NCBI GenBank assembly: GCA_951406725.2
Contig: OX597823.1
Span: 15,066,001 to 15,130,000, forward strand
DNA length: 64,000 nucleotides
From: Octopus vulgaris
Lineage: Eukaryota
Direction: 5' to 3'
In this document: positions 57,241 to 64,000 of the stretch, piece by piece
Numbering within the stretch: position 1 is the stretch's first letter
Layout: every line of letters starts with the position of its first letter
Program-made: the position numbers and the translations under genes
Notes under the pieces: model-generated
What the model was told of the DNA's origin: nothing
Seen by the model: only the letters and a program-made list of their open reading frames with translations
The model's database searches: none

Positions 57241-57620
57241 TTGGAATTCCTCCTCGGGGAATGTATTTGCAATGTAACTTTCCGAGGTGAAGCGAAAAGG
57301 ACAAACATTTATGTGTTGAAAATAAAATCATTAAACCTGTTTGGCACGGTTAAAAGTTCGAATGAAGTCGAACTGAGACAAACATTTTTTAAATTATATC
57401 CAATTTTTTTTTTTTTTTTTTTGGAAGATTAAACTGTTGCACTAAACAAAAGCAAGAATCGAGGTAAAAGAAGAGGCAACAGCTGCTTTCAGGCCCAAAC
57501 GGAACTTGCCGTTTGCGGCGTTGGACAAGGTCAATAAAAAGCTGGAAAGACTAGAAAGTCTAAATTTGATTGAAAAAGTCGACCATTCAGACTGGGTAGT
57601 TTATGTAAAGAAAAAAAATA
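57241..57620 (+). pseudogene. Gypsy-type LTR retrotransposon pol fragment (protease end / RT start)
   Basis: LGECICNVTF..IYVLK..NLFG and FRPKRNLPFAALDKVNKKLERLESLNLIEKVDHSDW..VYVKK. Confidence 0.72.
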
Positions 57621-57787
57621 ATATTTTTTTATTATAAATTATTTAGTTATTAATCCTTTCTTCCAAAATTTGTTGTAAATAATCAACATGCTTTAAAGTA
57701 TACACAATAAAAAATCCATTCCCCAAAATGAACTAGAAATGTAAATATCTTTATTATATATTTTTGTTCTCTAAATTTGGCTACTAT

Positions 57788-57836
<49 letters not shown>

Positions 57837-57906
57837 GTGACCTCATGAGCACCGCCAGCAATTTTTTTCCTCTGTCTTCCCTTCTCGGGATCTTTCCTTC
57901 TCCTTT

Positions 57907-57941
57907 GTTTCCGACGAAGAGCTCCGCTCGGAACGTTAAAC
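57907..57941 (+). ncRNA. Degenerate minimal hammerhead in a Penelope-type short element (57835-58045)
   Basis: gttt-CCGACGA-a-gagc(tcc)gctc-GGAA-cg-TT-aaac: perfect stems I and II, palindromic ACGT, two core mismatches. Confidence 0.55.
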
Positions 57942-58041
57942 CCTCATTCTTCCCTTCTTTCCTGAGCGTCCAATAATACTTTATTTGTTCCACGTCCTCA
58001 CGTTGCTGTGTTTTTTTTTTGTTTTTTTTTCTTGTTTGGAT

Positions 58042-58112
<71 letters not shown>

Positions 58113-58394
58113 TAAAATACATACACTGGTTGAAAAAATGTTCAACGGCTTGGAAGTAGATTTCTCTATTGAAGTAAAGTGCAAGGTGAACTAAATGTTC
58201 AAACTATACAGACTGATATAAATCATTTATATGAGCTAAAGGTATGTTTCTGCCAGTGCTTACTTTTCCTATGATCTGTCTTTGACGTCGGATGTACTAA
58301 CGGTTGTTTTAAAAATACTTAATAGCGTTCTGTTTATCATTTATGCAGTCATCAAAATTGTTATAATGTCTTGTTGTTGACATAGGTTCTCTTT

Positions 58395-58480
58395 CTTTCC
58401 TGATGAGAAGATTACATTATTTTACACCGTTTATTCCTTTGGAATAAAACCAATGTTGTCTTCGAAACATATATCGAAAG
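58395..58480 (+). ncRNA. Type I hammerhead ribozyme with extended stem II
   Basis: ctttc-CTGATGA-gaaga...tttattcc(ttt)ggaataaa...tcttc-GAAA-catata-TC-gaaag. Confidence 0.72.
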
Positions 58481-58683
58481 TAAAGGAATTTGAATAACAC
58501 CTGCATTCAACTCTACTTATTTATTTATACTATACAAATTATTGCACATTAACCCGGAGTTTCTACCTTTGAATAGGTCACTACATCCTTGTTACTCGCG
58601 TGAATTTTGCTTCCCTGGTAACTGTTTATTGAATTTTCCGTGTTAACTGTAAATGAAGGATAATTCATTCATCCATCTGTCTG

Positions 58684-58779
<96 letters not shown>

Positions 58780-58939
58780 TGTCTGTCTACACACACACAC
58801 GCACACACACACATATATATATATGTGTGTGTGTTTTATTTGGTTTTGTTTTTTGTTTGTATGTGTGTGCACGCGCACGCTGATGTTCTAGATGATCTCA
58901 AGTTTTCATTCGACATTTTCACTTATCAAATAAATAATT

Positions 58940-59080
58940 TTTCTAATTTTTGGCACTAGGCCAGGAATTGTGATGAGAGGAGAAGTTGATTACATCGATC
59001 CGGATGCTCAACTGGCTCTCATTCCATCGTATTTGAGGTGAAGAAAAACAAAGTCAAAGAACCTAACGTATTGTGTCTCA
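58940..59080 (-). mobile_element. SINE-C, diverged
   Basis: Tail and core remnants. Confidence 0.6.
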
Positions 59081-59286
59081 ACACCGAATGAATTTATTAT
59101 TACAGGGAACAGGTTAAATATTTTCTCCTCAAAGTATTAGGAAGGCGAAAGGAATATTATTCAAACTTTTAATACTTTGAAACATTTTCTTTTGCAGATT
59201 AATTTATGCGAGCTCAGTTAAACACCCTAGAAAGTATTTCGATCGAGTAAACAGAATTGAGAAGACAGTTGATATATTTTATAAAG

Positions 59287-59471
59287 ATGTTCTGTGTTAT
59301 TCAAGCACAGCTAAAATTTTTGCTGATTTCTGTATGTATTCTGTTAGTATATGCCAATCAAACAGATGTATGTGAAGCAATCTGCAAATGTTTGAAACAT
59401 AGTACTATAGATTGTACTAATCGGAACTTGACTTCGATTCCTCAAGCAATTCCGGCAGATGTCGTAACTTT
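59287..59471 (+). CDS. First coding exon of an extracellular LRR protein (signal peptide + LRRNT)
   Basis: MFCVIQAQLKFLLISVCILLVYA-NQTDVCEAICKCLKHSTIDCTNRNLTSIPQAIPADVVT; acceptor ttttcttttgcag at 59197, donor TT|gtaagt (phase 2). Confidence 0.88.
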
Positions 59472-60683
59472 GTAAGTATTAGACAATTTTTGTAGATTTT
59501 CACATACAATGTTTCGTGTTATCATTACAAATCAGCTATTTCTCCTTTATAATCCTATGCCATTCAGCTCACAGCTTCAGACAACGCAATTTCAGAATAA
59601 ATAAATCAATACAATGTTTCTCAGTGCATATTAATTTAAATTGATTTTTATAAAATAAAGCATTTGACATAACGATCGTATCTAACATGTATTATAACTT
59701 TGATTATATATATTTAATACCTGTTCAGTTCAAAATGATAAGAAAGTACGCAAAATTTTGTTACTACTGAAATATTTCCTAAATTCGTTGGACATAATTA
59801 CTTAGTTAATGGAATCATCTAGTCACAGAATGCTTATTAATTATCAGGTGTCTGAAAATTAGACATCTGTCACACTCACAAAGTTCCACTTAACTATGCA
59901 AATAGTTTAAATTGCCAGATTGATTATATGACAAGAAAATATAAAATGGTAATGTATAGAAAATTATTTTTTAATATTTTAATTATGGTGGTCAGCATTG
60001 AAATTTTCGGATTAATCAACAACACAGAATGTCATAGAGATAAACGCATTCTATTAATTATCAATCCCATAACTTCACATTTCTGTTGCCCGATCTGTTC
60101 CAAGTTACTTGACAACTGAACAAAGTTTTATTTGATTCATTTACTCGCGGTAGTCGGTTCAACTGCTACCAACTGTTACCATTCATACAGTCTATGGTAG
60201 ACAACGGTACTGAAGGAACAATTTTTGCAAACATCAAGCACCTTAAAAAGGTGTGATGAAATATAATTTGGAGTCGTATTAGTTTGGCAAGTGATACGAG
60301 ATGAATTTAAATTGTATCAGTGATTAAGTTGCAAAATTGCAACAAAAATTTTCACACCTAAATAAATAGATGAAAAATAAAACTCTCTGTTTAAGACGAT
60401 ATCTCATATTAACAAGTTTCTTAATAAGTTAACAGGTATGTTAACTTTTGAGATACATGTCACCATGTGAATTCTATAAATTAGAGTTTAGAGTTTAGTT
60501 TTTGCGATTAAGCTGACGTTTGCAATTACTCGATCAAGCTGAGTTAAGATATTTTATTTATTTCTACAATAGTCATAATTTTTATTTGTTCAGTTATGTT
60601 ATATTGGTAAGATATTACATAACATTAAGATTAACCACGATAACCTATAACTCATGTAAAAGTAAATCTCCTTTTTGACACAG

Positions 60684-60755
60684 ACGCCTGGAAGGAAATA
60701 AAATTGCAAATATTGAAAATGGTTCCTTGGAAGGACTCGACACATTAAAGACTTT
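60684..60755 (+). CDS. 72-nt single-LRR exon of the same gene
   Basis: cag|ACGCCTG...ACTTT|gtaagt, phase 2-2; (L)RLEGNKIANIENGSLEGLDTLKT(L) fits LxLxxNxIxxIxxxxF/LxxLxxLxxL. Confidence 0.9.
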
Positions 60756-61307
60756 GTAAGTTGGATATATATACATATACATATATAAATTGGACGTGCG
60801 TGTGTCTGTATGTATGTGTGTTTGTTTTCACGCGCGTGTGTCTAGCAGAGATGCGTCATACGTTTTTACTCTAATACTGATCCTAATCTTGTTTCATACA
60901 CAAATCTCTCATCCAGCCACCACTCTATAATGTGTTCTGAACGTGAATAAATATGAAAACATAACATTCATTTTCACTTTAACTCATATTTAACACAAAC
61001 ATCTCCGTAATATTGACTAGTAACTATTCTCTTTCGAATAAACTTTTCTTTAATGTTTTACGACACCTCAAAATCAAAGAAACATTGTAAGATGCGATGA
61101 AATTAATTAACTCTTACGTCGAGCAACATATCTCAATTTGCTGCCCTCTAAATTCATTCTTCTGGGTGACTCTGTGTGTGCAATATATATATATATATAA
61201 TATAATAATAAGAGTAAATAATTTCTATAAAGGCTTTTAAAAAAAACCCAATTAGTAATATAATAATAAGAGTAAATATAATAATAAGAGTAATATAATA
61301 ATAACGA

Positions 61308-61311
<4 letters not shown>

Positions 61312-61348
<37 letters not shown>

Positions 61349-61358
61349 GTATACAGAC

Positions 61359-61416
<58 letters not shown>

Positions 61417-61433
61417 GTAGGTAGGTAGGTAGG

Positions 61434-61488
<55 letters not shown>

Positions 61489-61557
61489 GTAGGTAGGTAG
61501 GTAGGTAGGTAGGTAGGTAGGTAGGTAGGTAGGTAGGTCGGTAGGTCGGTAGGTCGG

Positions 61558-61656
<99 letters not shown>

Positions 61657-61660
61657 GTTG
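61312..61660. repeat. (TA)n/(GATA)n/(GGTA)n microsatellite
   Basis: Directly visible. Confidence 0.96.
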
Positions 61661-62130
61661 ATAGACCCTGACAGCTGTGGATAAATTATATTCTGGAAGA
61701 AACTCCAAGCAGAAACCATTACTATAAAGGGATAGGAAAAGAGTATGGAGTCAGTCTCGAAAATAGATCAAATTGTAGAGTCTGTCAGGCTGGTGGCTGC
61801 CTTCTTTGATATTTTTCTACCAATTCCAGGACAGGTGAAGCTTTTCGCCCCTGTAAAGCAATTCACTCCATTGTTAAACCGATTTTCGGATGGTCACATC
61901 AGACATGTTAGCCTGGCGAGTTATTCTGCTCAGGGCTCTAAGTCTAAACAATGGGATCATATCGCGCACTATGCACAAACAAGATGGACAGCCCTGCAGC
62001 TTCAAGGATCTCTTTACATAGCCATCTGAGTGCTTGCAGCTCTTGTATTTAATCTTCGGACACAAAGAAACTGCTATCGTCATCATGTGCAAATATATAC
62101 GCACAGGTATATATGTATGCATATATGCAT

Positions 62131-62169
<39 letters not shown>

Positions 62170-62394
62170 TATAGATAGATATAGATATACATAGATAGAT
62201 ATATGTATGCATGCATATGTGTGTGTGTGTGTGTGTGTTTTGTGTACTGTGCATATATATAGAATTTAGAATACAAAGCCAATAGTTGTTGAGGTTGTTA
62301 AACATATTTAGATGTAGAAAATATCATTGAAATTAACACATCCGCAAGTCCATGTTAGCACAACGTTTTCAAGAAGATCCAAAATTATATTATA

Positions 62395-62519
62395 TATACC
62401 AACAAGATAAATTTATGCAAAGCCATTTCTGAATGTTAGAGACATAAGACATCTATAAATTGTACTAATCGGAATTTGACTTCGATTTCTCAAGCAATTT
62501 TAGCAATTGCAATAGATTT
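62395..62519 (+). pseudogene. Degenerate duplicate of the LRRNT exon
   Basis: YTNKINLCKAISEC*RHKTSINCTNRNLTSISQAILAIAID; in-frame TAG at 62437-62439; same TT|gtaagt donor. Confidence 0.82.
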
Positions 62520-64000
62520 GTAAGTATTAGACAATTTTTGTAGATTTTCACATACAATGTTTCGTGTTATCATTACTCATCAGCTATTTCTCCTTTATAA
62601 TCCTATGCCGTTCAGCTCACGGCTTCAGACAGCGCAATTTCAGAATAAATAAATCAATACAATGTTTCTCAGTGCATATTAATTTAAATTGATTTGTATA
62701 AAATAAAGCATTTGACATAACGATCGTATCTAACATGTATTATAACTTTGATTATATATATTTAATACCTGTTCAGTTCAAAATGATAAGAAAGTACGCA
62801 AAATTTTGTTACTACTGAAATATTTCCTAAATTCGTTGGACATAATTACTTAGTTAATGGAATCATCTAGTCACAGGTGTCTGAAAATTAGACATCTGTC
62901 ACACTCACAAAGTTCCACTTAACTATGCAAATAGTTTAAATTACCAGATTGATTATATGACAAGAAAATATAAAATGGTAATGTATAGAAAATTATTTTT
63001 TAATATTTTAATTATGGTGGTCAGCATTGAAATTTTCGGATTAATCAACAACACAGAATGTCATAGAGATAAACGCATTCTATTAATTATCAATCCCATA
63101 ACTTCACATTTCTGTTGCCCGATCTGTTCCAAGTTACTTGACAACTGAACAAAGTTTTATTTGATTCATTTACTCGCGGTAGTCGGTTCAACTGCTACCA
63201 ACTGTTACCATTCATACAGTCTATGGTAGACAACGGTACTGAAGGAACAATTTTTGCAAACATCAAGCACCTTAAAAAGGTGTGATGAAATATAATTTGG
63301 AGTCGTATTAGTTTGGCAAGTGATACGAGATGAATTTAAATTGTATCAATAATTAAGATGCAGAATTGCAACAAAAATTTTCACACCTAAATAAATAGAT
63401 GAAAAATAAAACTAAAATATCAATAAATATATATAAATAAAATGTATTTCTAATAAATTTTACTTGGTGATCATATCTGTCCTATGTTCTCTGGAATTAT
63501 TTCAACAATAACCGAATGGATACTAAACCTTTTCTCCGTTTCATTTAAAAGGGTGGATTAAATACCTTTACATTATTGCATTCTGACCGAATAAAATTTC
63601 AGTTTAATTTAAATATACCAAAACTATGGTGGATTGATTCAATCAGTTACTGGAATGAGAAGTCATTACCTAAAACAGTGTTTTAGTTCTCAATTTAGAT
63701 TATTAAATAAGTCTCGTATATCGAAGTCCGGTATAATGTTTTAGTTGTTTCGCTCATTTAATGAATTCATCGCTGAATGAATTCACATATCTCCACTCTC
63801 TGTTTAAAACAAATTTGAGCTCTTTTTAGGAGAACAATACCTCAATTATTTACTTTTGACATACCTGTCGCCATATATTTCTATAAATTAGTGTTTATTT
63901 TTTGTGATTATGCTGACGTTTGAAATTACTTACTCGATCAAGCTGAGTTAAGATATTTTATTTATTTGTACGAGAGACATGTTTTTTAATTTCTTCAGTT
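62520..64000 (+). repeat. Tandem duplicate of the intron at 59472-60590
   Basis: Nearly identical over 62520-63345, then more diverged, with an extra ~380 bp at 63414-63795. Confidence 0.95.

Noticed and set aside
61745-62045. Possible LINE fragment or extra exon between the LRR duplicates
   Set aside because: No LRR pattern or compatible splice sites; LINE similarity too weak to call.
62540-62595. Minus-strand CTGATGA...GAAAC...GTA hammerhead-like motif
   Set aside because: Stems I and II do not pair, and the paralogous intron lacks the core.
59928-63148. Identical 63-aa ORFs at 59928 and 62957
   Set aside because: Chance ORF inside the duplicated intron; identity reflects the DNA duplication.

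Overview
AT-rich, repeat-dominated animal genomic DNA. The SINE families, microsatellite load and transposon content are most consistent with an octopus (cephalopod) genome; this is an inference from recognising the repeats. Most of the window is three tRNA-derived SINE families (called A, B and C here) plus decayed LINEs (Tx1-like, R4/Dong-like, Hero-like, CR1-group, RTE), Penelope-like elements with minimal hammerhead ribozymes, DNA transposons (mariner/Tc1, Chapaev3-like, Tigger-like, Merlin-like and piggyBac-like MITEs), Helitron derivatives and microsatellites. The only host gene I can support starts near 59.2 kb: a secreted or membrane leucine-rich-repeat protein (signal peptide + LRRNT exon, then a 72-nt phase-2 LRR exon), followed by a tandem partial duplicate. 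The most interesting signal is an apparent SINE-homing system. A SINE-C subfamily has a tail resembling the 3' ends of the Tx1-like LINEs in this window and is repeatedly joined to the same GGTATTTCGTC site inside other SINE-C copies, and a Tx1-like LINE sits in the head of a SINE-B with a 14-bp TSD. Most ORFs in the supplied track are microsatellite or SINE artefacts. All alignments were done by eye and family names are unverified.
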